The notes: a model not told the origin generated them from the sequence alone. A stretch of 64,000 nucleotides of DNA from Candidatus Fimenecus sp. (GCA_051881455.1 JBJEPX010000004.1:6591-70590), one strand, 5' to 3'; shown: positions 16,929-26,236, counted from the first letter of the stretch. A program made the numbers and translations.

Positions 16929-18995
16929 TCATATATTTTCTTCCTTTGCGGGAGTAATCATAAAATCAAATCGGGCGTTATCCGCATACCACAGCGGGAA
17001 ATTCGTGCCCCAAACATTGTTGTAAAGCACATAGGAAATGCCGTCTTTTTCCATATCCTCAATTTTGTTATCGTATTCCAAAATCTTGCCCTTGCCCACT
17101 GAGATAAGCGGTGCGTGCAAGTTAACAAAATCATATTTGCCGTCTTTGGTATTTAAAATGCTCTTTTCCACGGCGTGCAAATTGCGGCCGCCCATGGAGG
17201 CGGTGGTGCGGTAGTCAATTTCCGTACCGATTTTTTGCAGGCGGAAATCCTCGCCTGTTGCGGCGGGGCAAAGGTGCAAAAAGATAGCTTCCGTCAAACG
17301 GTTGGCGTCTTTCTCCGTCCATACAAGGGAGAAACGCAGTCCCTCGCTCGACAGAGTATAAACAATCTCCACATTTCGAGGTGCGCCCAGCTCTTCGCAA
17401 AGTTTCTTGTCACATTGAAGCTTTACAAAAACCTTTACGCCGTCCGCAGTCTCACAAACCGTGCTGTCGGTCATTGTATAGTAGAACCGCCCTGTGGGAT
17501 ATTTGCCCTCGGCATACTTTAACAGCGGTCTGCCGAAATCTGGATATGCCCAGCCGCCGTTTTGTTTCATATTCCGTGCATAGTGTGTAAACCAAAAATC
17601 ATAATCCGATTTTTTGTAAGAATGATATTGTAAAATCGGTTCGTTATTCTGTTTGATAATTTCCGTATCATTGTGTGTCAGATGTTCAATACCGCCATGT
17701 TCGTTGAGCGCCAGCGTGTATTCACCGAACGAAATCGGGCTTTCATATTTTTCTGTACCGTTTACAGGGAGTAAATCCGACGGGCGCAATGCATCTAAGG
17801 CTTTCAATGCAATTTCCTTATGCACATCTGATAAAGACGCAACCGCCTTGTCAATATATTCACGCTGTTCTGCCCAGCTTTTTTCAATTACATGGTAGGA
17901 GCCTTTTTTCCGGCTTGAATTGAACCTCCGATTAAATGCGGCAACAATTCCATGAGGAAAATCACGGAAAATATGCTTTGCGGTCACATCGTCTTTTTCC
18001 CGAGCTCTATTAAAATCGGCTTTTAAGTAGTTTTCATAATCTGCAAAACTGATTTTGCTGTCCATACCGTAGGTATGCTCTGCAACACACAAAAGCCCAT
18101 CGGAAAAGCCTTTGTATTCCTCGGTATCTCTTGCCATAGAGCCGTCTTTCAGCCATTCACGCTTTAAGCGCATAAGCGTGCGCAAAGATGCAGATTTATA
18201 TGGGTCGGCGGCACTGCCGTGAATCCAGGTGTCGCCGATTTCGCCTGTAAGAACAGGCAGTTTGTCCCTAACCGCCCAAATCGCCTCGGCAAATTCGTCC
18301 AAAGTGCCTGCCGAAACAGTATAATCGGGATATTCTTTTTGAATATCCGCAAGTTTCTTCTGTACCGCCTCGGGTGCAGGTGCACCGTGATTGTCAAGGG
18401 TGTGGTCGAAGTACAAAACTTCTTCTGTAAATTCGCTTTTGTATGCCCCGCCGTAATCGCCGGAATAGACTACAACTACTTCGGCGCCGCCCACTTTCCA
18501 CAAAAAGCATTTGGGCACTTCGGGTACGGCAGAAGCGCCGTTTACGCCGATATGTAACAGTTTAATGCCGTGTTTGGCAAGCATGGGTACAATCGCCGCC
18601 GTGTGCCCGGGCACATCGGTCATTTTTGCCGATATGGTCTTTTTGCCGCGAATTTCATCGAGCCTGTCAACGATAGAAAGTCCGTAGTCGAGTGTTTCTT
18701 CGTCCAACAACTCCGTGTGCATGGTAAAGGGCAGAGCATGGGGCACAATGTTGCCGTCTTTGAGCGCCTTTATTAAGGCTTCTTTCTGGGCGTCTGTTCC
18801 GTTTTCCAGCGCTTCTTTTAAAATCCACGAGCCTGTGGTCCAAATAAACTTTTTATCCGTTTCGGTGTTAATATTTTCCGAGAGCGTGATGGCGGACGGG
18901 ATAAAGGTGTTTATGTACTTTTGCCTAATGTTCTCGGCGTAGTCCGTAAAGCCTAAATCCAAATGTGTTTTTGAAACAACAATCACTTTTTTCAT
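16929..18995 (-). CDS. DUF5054 / GH38-N-like glycoside hydrolase-family protein
   Basis: The N-terminus VVSKTHLDLGFTDYAEN resembles the GH38/DUF5054 metal-binding start. There is no signal peptide. The family is recalled from memory, not searched. Confidence 0.6.
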   Translation of the reverse strand: MKKVIVVSKTHLDLGFTDYAENIRQKYINTFIPSAITLSENINTETDKKFIWTTGSWILKEALENGTDAQKEALIKALKDGNIVPHALPFTMHTELLDEETLDYGLSIVDRLDEIRGKKTISAKMTDVPGHTAAIVPMLAKHGIKLLHIGVNGASAVPEVPKCFLWKVGGAEVVVVYSGDYGGAYKSEFTEEVLYFDHTLDNHGAPAPEAVQKKLADIQKEYPDYTVSAGTLDEFAEAIWAVRDKLPVLTGEIGDTWIHGSAADPYKSASLRTLMRLKREWLKDGSMARDTEEYKGFSDGLLCVAEHTYGMDSKISFADYENYLKADFNRAREKDDVTAKHIFRDFPHGIVAAFNRRFNSSRKKGSYHVIEKSWAEQREYIDKAVASLSDVHKEIALKALDALRPSDLLPVNGTEKYESPISFGEYTLALNEHGGIEHLTHNDTEIIKQNNEPILQYHSYKKSDYDFWFTHYARNMKQNGGWAYPDFGRPLLKYAEGKYPTGRFYYTMTDSTVCETADGVKVFVKLQCDKKLCEELGAPRNVEIVYTLSSEGLRFSLVWTEKDANRLTEAIFLHLCPAATGEDFRLQKIGTEIDYRTTASMGGRNLHAVEKSILNTKDGKYDFVNLHAPLISVGKGKILEYDNKIEDMEKDGISYVLYNNVWGTNFPLWYADNARFDFMITPAKEENI

Positions 18996-19600
18996 TTTTC
19001 TTCCTCCGCAATGCCGTAAAGCATATAGTCAAGTATTTTTTCCAAGTGTTTTTCGTGTATGTCAAGTGCGGTTGCATACCCATCTGCCGAATGACCTACG
19101 CTTATATAACTGTTGAGCATATCCTGCAATAGCCCGTAATATTGCAATGCGTCCTCTTTTGTAACGCCTTTTCGCAGCTGCAAACCGTCCAGAGCAGAAA
19201 GATACAAATGCGTGTTAAATGTATCAAAATGCTTTCGGATATTTTGCAGAGCATTTGCAAATTCCTCGTCCTCCGAAGTGGGTATTGCAGAAAAAATCAA
19301 ACGCGCAAAATTGGGATTCTTTTTGAAAAATTTGTATCTTTCTTCCATATATTTATGAAAATCCGCGCCGAATTGGAACTCGGACATATATGCAATAAAC
19401 GCGTTGACCGCCGTTTGGGCACAGCAGAGATACAGCGCGCCTTTGTTTTCAAAATTATGGTAAATCAATCCCTTTGAAATATTATGCCGACTGCAAATCT
19501 GATTGACCGTTGCGCCGTCATATCCGTATGTACCGAATTCCTCAACAGCCGCCTTTAAAATTCTTTGTTTGGTCAGTTCTGTTTTATCAGCTTTTTTCAT
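18992..19600 (-). CDS. TetR-family transcriptional regulator
   Basis: The N-terminal HTH reads TKQRILKAAVEEFGTYGYDGATVNQICSRHNISKGLIYHNFENK. The start is set at ATG 19600 (SD AAAGGG). An ATGA overlap joins it to the downstream DUF5054 gene. Confidence 0.85.
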   Translation of the reverse strand: MKKADKTELTKQRILKAAVEEFGTYGYDGATVNQICSRHNISKGLIYHNFENKGALYLCCAQTAVNAFIAYMSEFQFGADFHKYMEERYKFFKKNPNFARLIFSAIPTSEDEEFANALQNIRKHFDTFNTHLYLSALDGLQLRKGVTKEDALQYYGLLQDMLNSYISVGHSADGYATALDIHEKHLEKILDYMLYGIAEEEK

Positions 19601-19619
19601 AATAATGCCCTTTCTTTTA

Positions 19620-19648
19620 TTGACAAGTTGCTTTACTGTTGGTATAAT
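19620..19648 (+). promoter_or_regulatory. Consensus sigma-A promoter for the MFS-phosphoesterase unit
   Basis: TTGACA-17 nt-TATAAT. The ~80-nt leader contains the palindromes TATAATATTATA (19671-19682) and TACCTT-n6-AAGGTA (19681-19698), which are candidate TetR operators. Confidence 0.5.
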
Positions 19649-19729
19649 TTTCATTGTTGACCTTTCGGTCTATAATATTATACCTTTGATGTAAGGTATT
19701 GTCAATTAACTTAATTTTAAGGAAAAGGA

Positions 19730-21286
19730 ATGAAGCAGATGAAAGTAAATCTGAAAGACAAAACGACAAAAGAGATACTTGCGTTTTCACTTTTGCCTTT
19801 CGGTATGAGCACCATATTCAGCCTTCTCGGTACAGCATTGAATATGTACTTTACCGATGTATTGGGACTTACACTGGGTATGACAGGTATTGTGCTCTCG
19901 GCAACAAAGGTTTGGGACGCAATCAATGACCCTATGATGGGTATGATTGTTGACAAAACCCACACTAAATGGGGTAAATGCAGACCTTTCGTATTCTGGC
20001 TCAGCGGCCCTGTGGTTATTGTAACCGCATTGCTTTTTGCTCCCGTTAATTTCGGTCAAAAAGGCAATTTTATATATGCTATTATTGCATATCTTTTATT
20101 CTACACCGTTTATACAGCACTGGACATTCCCTATCAGGGCTCGGTTCCTCTTGTTTTCCCTGAGGACAAGGTACGCGTTAAGGCTGTTTCTTTCAGTAAC
20201 ATACTCGGTTCACTCGGTTCGGTTTTGCCATCGATTTTGTTCTTCACGGTGGCAGGTTTCTGGGGCAGAGAGCATCAGAAGGAAGGCTATTTCTTCTCAG
20301 CCTTGATTTTTGCCGTTTTGGCAGGTATCCCCATGTTCCTCTCAGCCTTCGGATTTAAAGAGAAGGTTTATATTCCCCCGAGAAAAGAAAGTTATTTTGA
20401 CGGCTTAAAGGTCGTTTTCAAGGATAAAAAGTTCATTTGTCTTGTTATTGCGGCATTTGTATCCTCTCTTACAAACCTTGGTGCAGCATTGTTCCTTCCG
20501 TATTTCGCAAAATGGAACTGCATAGGCGTTCTTCCCATGGACAAAATTTCAGCGTTGCTCGGCGGCGCAGAGATTACAAGTGAAGGTCTTTTAATTCCTC
20601 TCCTTCAAATAGGAAGCGGCGCTTCATATATGCTCTCCATGGCTCTCGTTCCATGGTTCTTAAAGAAAATGGATAAGAAAACACTTTGGATCGGCGTTTC
20701 CTTTGCAGGTATCATTGCCGATGTGCTCTGCTTCGTAATCGGTATTTGGATTATCCCCTACAACACTACTGCCGGTGCTATTACATACACAATCCTTCGT
20801 TTCTTCACAAACTTCCCCATCGGTATTATGACAGTATTGCTTATTGCTATGTTCTCCGATGTAGTTGACGATTTGGAAATGCGTACGGGCAAGCGTCTTG
20901 AGGGTACTGTATTCTCGTTCCGCAGCCTTGTAGGCAAAATTTCTTACGCTTTGTTCAATGTAATCGTACTCGGTGTTGTTGATAAATTCGGCTATAATGC
21001 AGACAAGATGGCGGAACTTACTAATAACCTGACAAAGCCGCTTATTCAAAGCACTACACAGGCAGTGGTTTTCGACGGCGTAAACTACACCACATTGCTT
21101 AATGTTATCTTCTTTATGCTCACAGCTCTGGGTGCAGTAGGGCTCTTGCTTCAAGCAATTCCCATGTTCTTCTACAAGTTCGATGAAAAAGCACAGGAAA
21201 GCAAACTGAAAGCTTTCCGCGAGGAAAAAGAAAGAAGAGAAATTGAAGAGCTCAATGCTTTGGCGGCAGAAAGTGCACAGCAATAA
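19730..21286 (+). CDS. MFS transporter, glycoside-pentoside-hexuronide (GPH):cation symporter family
   Basis: Twelve TM segments. The N-terminal part reads LGMTGIVLSATKVWDAINDPMMGMIVDKTHTKWGKCRPF, typical of MelB/GPH. The C-terminal tail is charged. Confidence 0.85.
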   Translation: MKQMKVNLKDKTTKEILAFSLLPFGMSTIFSLLGTALNMYFTDVLGLTLGMTGIVLSATKVWDAINDPMMGMIVDKTHTKWGKCRPFVFWLSGPVVIVTALLFAPVNFGQKGNFIYAIIAYLLFYTVYTALDIPYQGSVPLVFPEDKVRVKAVSFSNILGSLGSVLPSILFFTVAGFWGREHQKEGYFFSALIFAVLAGIPMFLSAFGFKEKVYIPPRKESYFDGLKVVFKDKKFICLVIAAFVSSLTNLGAALFLPYFAKWNCIGVLPMDKISALLGGAEITSEGLLIPLLQIGSGASYMLSMALVPWFLKKMDKKTLWIGVSFAGIIADVLCFVIGIWIIPYNTTAGAITYTILRFFTNFPIGIMTVLLIAMFSDVVDDLEMRTGKRLEGTVFSFRSLVGKISYALFNVIVLGVVDKFGYNADKMAELTNNLTKPLIQSTTQAVVFDGVNYTTLLNVIFFMLTALGAVGLLLQAIPMFFYKFDEKAQESKLKAFREEKERREIEELNALAAESAQQ

Positions 21287-21379
21287 TTTGCCGGTTACAG
21301 CAAAGGAGCAAAAATAAAAAAGGTCAAAAAAGCAGTAGCGATACTACTTTGTATCGTACTTTGGGGAGGAATTCTGTTT

Positions 21380-22639
21380 ATGAACATAGGCTATTTTGGG
21401 ACCAGAGCCGAAATACAAAAAGCAGAAACAAAAACCTTTCAAACAGAAAACAAAAACTTTAAGGTTGCAATTATTTCCGATTCCCAGTTGCCGCCGACAC
21501 AAAAACTGTTAGACGAGGACGATACCTTTCTTGTCAATTTGAAAAATGCCCTGACAGTCATTAAAAACAACGATGTAGATATGATTTTGTATGCAGGGGA
21601 CATCGGCGATTTGGGTACTCGGTTTGCTTTTCAAACCTATATGGACGCCATAGACGAAGTTTTCGGCGAAAACAAGCCCATTATACAAACCATTATGGGC
21701 AATCACGATTATTGGAATGAAAATGTGTTTACCGCCATCAACCACAGAAAGGCGTTTCGGAATATTATAGGGCATTCCCCTTGGACGCATTATGTGGTGA
21801 ACGGCTATCACTTTATCGGCGTATCTCCCGATTACGGCAGTATGACCGCCGGCTATTTAATCGCCTCGCAATGGTTAGATAAGGAACTTCAAAAGGCGGA
21901 AGCGGATTCAAACGGCAAGCCGATTTTCGTAATGACGCACAATCAGCCTAAGAATACCAGCTACGGCAGTGAGGATTGGGGCGATATTACGCTGAACTCC
22001 GTTTTGAAAAAATACCCGAATATTATCAATTTCAGCGGTCATGTGCATTATTCTCTCTTAGACGAGCGTTCCGTTTGGCAGGGTGACTATACTGTTATCA
22101 ATACTCAGTCGCTCTCGTATACAGAGCTTGAAGAGGGCAAAGAAAACGGTACAATCCCACCGAACGAAGATGCGACCCCGATGGGATACATTATGGAATT
22201 TCAAGAAAACGAAATCCTTTTGCACCGTATCAATTTTGCCGACGGCAATATGGGCAAAGAGGAAAAGGCAGATATGCTTTGGTCTTTCCCCTTGCCGTAT
22301 GTAAATGACGGCCGCTATTCTTTTGAAACAAGAAAGGCTGCAAATCAAGCCCCTGTTATCAAGGATACTGCGGGTACGGCAACGCTGAAAGACGGAAAGA
22401 CAGCGCTTTCATTTGCGGCGGCAGAGGACGATGATTTCGTACATTCCTACAAGGTCGTTATTGATGACAAAGAAACAAAGTATTTCTTCAGCGATTTCTA
22501 TAACGGACTGGACAGTATGCAAGATAATGTCACTTTGGAGCTTGATGCACCAACGGACGGTCAGAAGCATACTTACAAAATTTATGCTGTTGACAGTTGG
22601 GACGAAGAGAGCGCCGGCTGTGTAATTATTGAGGCGTAA
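21380..22639 (+). CDS. Calcineurin-like metallophosphoesterase with a C-terminal beta-sandwich domain
   Basis: Motifs AIISDSQ, GDIGDLG, GNHDYW and GHVHYS are present. The upstream in-frame sequence encodes a signal-anchor-like segment (see findings). Confidence 0.8.
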   Translation: MNIGYFGTRAEIQKAETKTFQTENKNFKVAIISDSQLPPTQKLLDEDDTFLVNLKNALTVIKNNDVDMILYAGDIGDLGTRFAFQTYMDAIDEVFGENKPIIQTIMGNHDYWNENVFTAINHRKAFRNIIGHSPWTHYVVNGYHFIGVSPDYGSMTAGYLIASQWLDKELQKAEADSNGKPIFVMTHNQPKNTSYGSEDWGDITLNSVLKKYPNIINFSGHVHYSLLDERSVWQGDYTVINTQSLSYTELEEGKENGTIPPNEDATPMGYIMEFQENEILLHRINFADGNMGKEEKADMLWSFPLPYVNDGRYSFETRKAANQAPVIKDTAGTATLKDGKTALSFAAAEDDDFVHSYKVVIDDKETKYFFSDFYNGLDSMQDNVTLELDAPTDGQKHTYKIYAVDSWDEESAGCVIIEA

Positions 22640-22660
22640 AAAAGCATCATATATAAAACG

Positions 22661-22697
22661 AGGGCGGAGCCATTAGGTTCCGCCCTTAATTTTGTTT
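22661..22697. terminator. Terminator shared by convergent genes
   Basis: AGGGCGGA-gccattaggt-TCCGCCCT followed by TAATTTTGTTTT. Confidence 0.6.
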
Positions 22698-23938
22698 TAT
22701 GAAAGCTTGTGAATGAAAAGTCCCGAAAGGAGTTTTGGCTCAAACCATGTGGATTTAGGCGGCATTACCTTGCCTGCATCTGCAATATCCATGAGTTCCT
22801 CCAATGAGGTGGGATACATTGAAAACGCAAGGCGCATACCCTCCTTTACTCTTCGTTCAAGCTCTTTAAGCCCTCTTATTCCGCCCACAAAGTCAATTCT
22901 CTTATCCGTTCTCGGGTCGTCAATACCCAGCACAGGAGCAATAAGATTGTTCTGCAAGATTGAAACATCAAGTCTTCCCACAGGGTCTGCTTCGTTAATG
23001 TATTCCTGCTTTGCCGTAATTTTATACCATACTCCGTCAAGAAACATACCGAATGTGTGACGGCTTTGAGGCGCAAAGGGACTTTGTTCCGCTTTTTCAA
23101 CCATGAATTTTTCGCTGATTTTATCGAGGAATTCCCCTGTTTCAAATCCGTTAAGGTCGGCTATTACCCTGTTATAATCCATAATTTTCAATTCGTCGCA
23201 AGGGAATATAACGGAAAGGAAATAATTAAATTCCGCATTTTTATCATACTCCCCTTCGCCACGTCTGCGCTGTCCTACACGGACGGCAGAGGCGGCACGG
23301 TGATGACCGTCTGCTATGTAAAGGTAGGGGATTTTTTTGAACTCCTCCACAAGCTTGTTAACTGTTTCGTCATCGTCAATAACCCAAACAGTCTGCCCTA
23401 CTCCGTCATCACTCACAAAATCATAAACGGGAGAATGTGTATTCTTCCAATGCTCGGTGATATCCGAAATGGTTTTATTCTCACGGTGAGTTAAAAATAT
23501 GGGGCCTGTATTTGCGTTGCAGGTATCTACATGGTGAATTCTGTCCGCTTCCTTATCGGCACGGGTAAATTCATGCTTCTTAATAATGTTATTAAGGTAA
23601 TCGTCAACGGCGGTACAGCCCACAATTCCCGTTTGTGCTCTTCCGTTCATAACCTGACGGTAAATATAAAGCATCGGCTTTTCGTCCTGCTCACATATGC
23701 CGTTTTTTGTTAAAGCGTCAAGGTTTTCCTTTGCCTTTTCATAAACTTCCTCGGAATAAATATCCGTGCCCAAGGGTAAATCTATCTCAGCCTTATCCAC
23801 ATGTAAAAAAGAATATGGGTTTCCCTTTACCTTTTCTCTTGCCTCATCGGAGTTCATTACATCATAGGGCAACGCTCCTACCCTTGATGCGTATTCCGCC
23901 TTCGGTCTGACCGCTTTAAACGGTTTCAGAACTGCCAT
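22697..23938 (-). CDS. DUF1015-family protein
   Basis: The start MAVLKPFKAVRP and the internal IADGHHR motif are characteristic of DUF1015. The start is set at ATG 23938 (SD GAAGGA). Confidence 0.8.
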   Translation of the reverse strand: MAVLKPFKAVRPKAEYASRVGALPYDVMNSDEAREKVKGNPYSFLHVDKAEIDLPLGTDIYSEEVYEKAKENLDALTKNGICEQDEKPMLYIYRQVMNGRAQTGIVGCTAVDDYLNNIIKKHEFTRADKEADRIHHVDTCNANTGPIFLTHRENKTISDITEHWKNTHSPVYDFVSDDGVGQTVWVIDDDETVNKLVEEFKKIPYLYIADGHHRAASAVRVGQRRRGEGEYDKNAEFNYFLSVIFPCDELKIMDYNRVIADLNGFETGEFLDKISEKFMVEKAEQSPFAPQSRHTFGMFLDGVWYKITAKQEYINEADPVGRLDVSILQNNLIAPVLGIDDPRTDKRIDFVGGIRGLKELERRVKEGMRLAFSMYPTSLEELMDIADAGKVMPPKSTWFEPKLLSGLFIHKLS

Positions 23939-24027
23939 TTTTATTCCTTCTTTCCTTAAGGTGAGGGGAGTCGAACACAATATGCCGAAAATTTGATATT
24001 ACGGCGTATTTTCACTTTTTCACCGTT

Positions 24028-24163
24028 GTCGGGCGTCAGCCCGACCGCCGTCTCAAAAGCAAAAATTCATCCGTACTCTCTGCATTTTCGGTGCAGAGCA
24101 GTTTAAAACGAGGAGATTGTTGGTTGACCAAGGCACAAAATCGCCGCCATACTGCCGTATGGC
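24028..24163. repeat. Intergenic GC-rich hairpin-module cluster B
   Basis: GTCGGGC-gtca-GCCCGAC (24028-24045), CTCTGCA-ttttcgg-TGCAGAG (24078-24098) and GCCATAC-tgcc-GTATGGC (24146-24163). Confidence 0.5.
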
Positions 24164-24200
24164 AAGATTTTTAACGCAGGTCAGACGAAAATATACCGTT

Positions 24201-24653
24201 TTAAACCATATCGTGTTCAGCTCTCCTCACCTTAATAATTTTAAATATAATAAATGCAATAATTACACCTAAAAGAGCACCTGCACTGTCAATAAGAACA
24301 TCTGTAAACTGACAAGCTCTGCCCTCCGAGAAAATCTGATGAATTTCATCGCTTACTGCATAAATAACAGAGCCGCCTAATGCAAATACAGGGGTAAGCC
24401 TATGGTTAAACGATGCATAAATTGCGTTGGACAAAAGCAATCCTAACCCTGCAAATTCAGAAAAATGCGCGCATTTCCGCAAAAATTCCCCCGATATATC
24501 AATACCTAACAGACCGATTATTTTTTGCAAAACGGAATCGCTCAACGCCTGAGAATCCTCGGCTCCCTGAGAGGACATAAAGAATATAAACCCCATACAG
24601 AAAACAACCGCTATCCATGAAAATACAATATACGCTTTTCTTTTCGCCGTCAT
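24201..24653 (-). CDS. VanZ-like membrane protein
   Basis: 150 aa with four TM segments. The motifs KCAHFSEFAGLG and DEIHQIFSEGRACQFTDVLIDSAGALLG are typical of VanZ. Confidence 0.7.
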   Translation of the reverse strand: MTAKRKAYIVFSWIAVVFCMGFIFFMSSQGAEDSQALSDSVLQKIIGLLGIDISGEFLRKCAHFSEFAGLGLLLSNAIYASFNHRLTPVFALGGSVIYAVSDEIHQIFSEGRACQFTDVLIDSAGALLGVIIAFIIFKIIKVRRAEHDMV

Positions 24654-26236
24654 TTTTTCAGTCCTTTATAAAAATAAACATTGTCCGTATCGCCGCAGAA
24701 ATAAACTCCGCTTGTATTTTTTGCAACTGCAAAAACTGTGTTTTCGCAAAACAGCGGGAGTATTACGCCGTTCTTCAAAAGGAAGCTTTGGCAATACGAT
24801 AATTTCTCACCGCTTGGAGATATTTTGAGTTCGTTGAATATTCGGGTGTATTCCTCAGATTCATACCTGAAAGCATTTCCGCTTTCCGCAAACAGAGAAA
24901 GGAAATCCACCGCATTATCCGAATCCACGGTAACGGGATAAACTGCCGTGTCGTATTCGCCTGATTTTATGAGTTTGACAAAATCCTCATTGCTAACTGC
25001 CTTAACCGCGCCGTTTAATTCAACGCCGATGTTTTTCTGCCAACAGCTGACAACAGCCTTTGCCGTAGCCTCATATTTTTCTGTGCAAAGCACCTCAACA
25101 GTAAGATTTTCGACGCCCAATTCCTTATAAGCCTCAATCATATTTTTTTGCGCCTCTTCAGCATTAAAGGCTATGCCCTCGACCGCTGTATCATTGCCAA
25201 CAGGCTTGTAATAAGGGGGTACCACCGTTCTAAGCGGGGTTTTTGTTACCGCTGAAAGTTCAACAGCGGAAATAAGGCCCGTTCTTAAAGATACATTTTG
25301 CATTACAGAGTCCGACATATTGAATATAAGGGAGCAGGCAATATTTTGCATTTCCGTTTTCTGTGTGCCGCGCCCAAGTTCTTTTAACGCACTTTCCGAG
25401 GAGAAAAATCCAATATCGTATGTCCCCTTATCAACCTTTTTGGCAATATCCGTTTCGTTGCTGTTAAGATAAATGGAAACCGAAGCGGGAAGTGCGGAAA
25501 AATCTCCGCTGTACTCAGTATTTTTCGCAATGCTTACCGATTTCCCATCATTTACCGAGGAAAGATAAAATGCTCCGTTGCTCACGGTATATTCCGCCGC
25601 CAGACCGTATCTTCCCGCGGTGAGTTCAAAGAATTCTTTATCGCAGGGGTATGAAACGGGCTGAGTAAGAGCATAAAGGAAATCTGCCGATGGGCGTTCC
25701 AAAGTAATTTTCAAGGTCAAGTCATCAATTACGCGCACGCCGAGATTTTCTTCTCCCGTTTCTCCGTTGTGAACGGCCTGTGCATTTTTAATAACGCTTA
25801 AAAGCTCATAATCGGGAGAGGCCGTTTCAGGAAGAACCCCACGGGTTATGCCGAAAGCAAAATCCTCGGCTGTTATTCTGCCGTCAAGACTTGCGCCCTT
25901 TTCTTCAATATATTTTTTTGCCTTATTTGAAATGCAATATTTAAGGTTATCTTTTATAGTAAATGTATACGAAAGTCCGTCAGCCGACACCGAATAATCA
26001 CTCACGGCACATTTAACCGCCTCGCCGTTTTCAGAGAGCTTAAACAAACCGTCAAAAATATTCACGGCTACCATTTTTTCGCTCTGTGTTTTCGCTATCT
26101 GTGGGTCAAAATGAACAGGTAACTCATTAACGGCACAAGCAAAAGCCTTGTTTGTACCGTCGTCTTTTGAACAAGCGGAAAAACAGGTTAAAACAAGTAT
26201 TAAAGCAACGGCAAAAGCCGTAATTTTCTTTATCAT
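24650..26236 (-). CDS. Family-5 (OppA/DppA-like) ABC substrate-binding lipoprotein, orphan
   Basis: Signal peptide with lipobox LTCFSAC|S. The start is set at MIKKITAF (ATG 26236). Overall size and pattern match an SBP_bac_5 protein. No permease or ATPase gene lies nearby. Confidence 0.75.
   Translation of the reverse strand: MIKKITAFAVALILVLTCFSACSKDDGTNKAFACAVNELPVHFDPQIAKTQSEKMVAVNIFDGLFKLSENGEAVKCAVSDYSVSADGLSYTFTIKDNLKYCISNKAKKYIEEKGASLDGRITAEDFAFGITRGVLPETASPDYELLSVIKNAQAVHNGETGEENLGVRVIDDLTLKITLERPSADFLYALTQPVSYPCDKEFFELTAGRYGLAAEYTVSNGAFYLSSVNDGKSVSIAKNTEYSGDFSALPASVSIYLNSNETDIAKKVDKGTYDIGFFSSESALKELGRGTQKTEMQNIACSLIFNMSDSVMQNVSLRTGLISAVELSAVTKTPLRTVVPPYYKPVGNDTAVEGIAFNAEEAQKNMIEAYKELGVENLTVEVLCTEKYEATAKAVVSCWQKNIGVELNGAVKAVSNEDFVKLIKSGEYDTAVYPVTVDSDNAVDFLSLFAESGNAFRYESEEYTRIFNELKISPSGEKLSYCQSFLLKNGVILPLFCENTVFAVAKNTSGVYFCGDTDNVYFYKGLKK

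Noticed and set aside
19657-19676. A second promoter-like TTGACC...TATAAT in the tetR/MFS control region
   Set aside because: Only 8 nt separate the two hexamers, which is incompatible with sigma-A spacing. The TATAAT is more plausibly part of the TATAATATTATA palindrome and so an operator candidate.
20660-21283. 207-aa ORF antisense to the MFS symporter gene
   Set aside because: Same reasoning. The sense strand encodes a full 12-TM GPH transporter, and the antisense product has no motifs or ribosome-binding site.
23939-23980. Extended start (TTG 23980) of the DUF1015 gene, and similar track extensions at 15142, 19654, 26284, 36722, 46188, 58018, 59110 and 62206
   Set aside because: In each case an internal ATG has a well-spaced SD and a family-typical N-terminus (MAVLKPFKAVRP, MKKADKTEL, MIKKITAF, MKKIIALL, MERFKINI, MKFNTEKY, MENNNNK, MNNTMIGQF). 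That fits better than the upstream non-ATG or SD-less codon.
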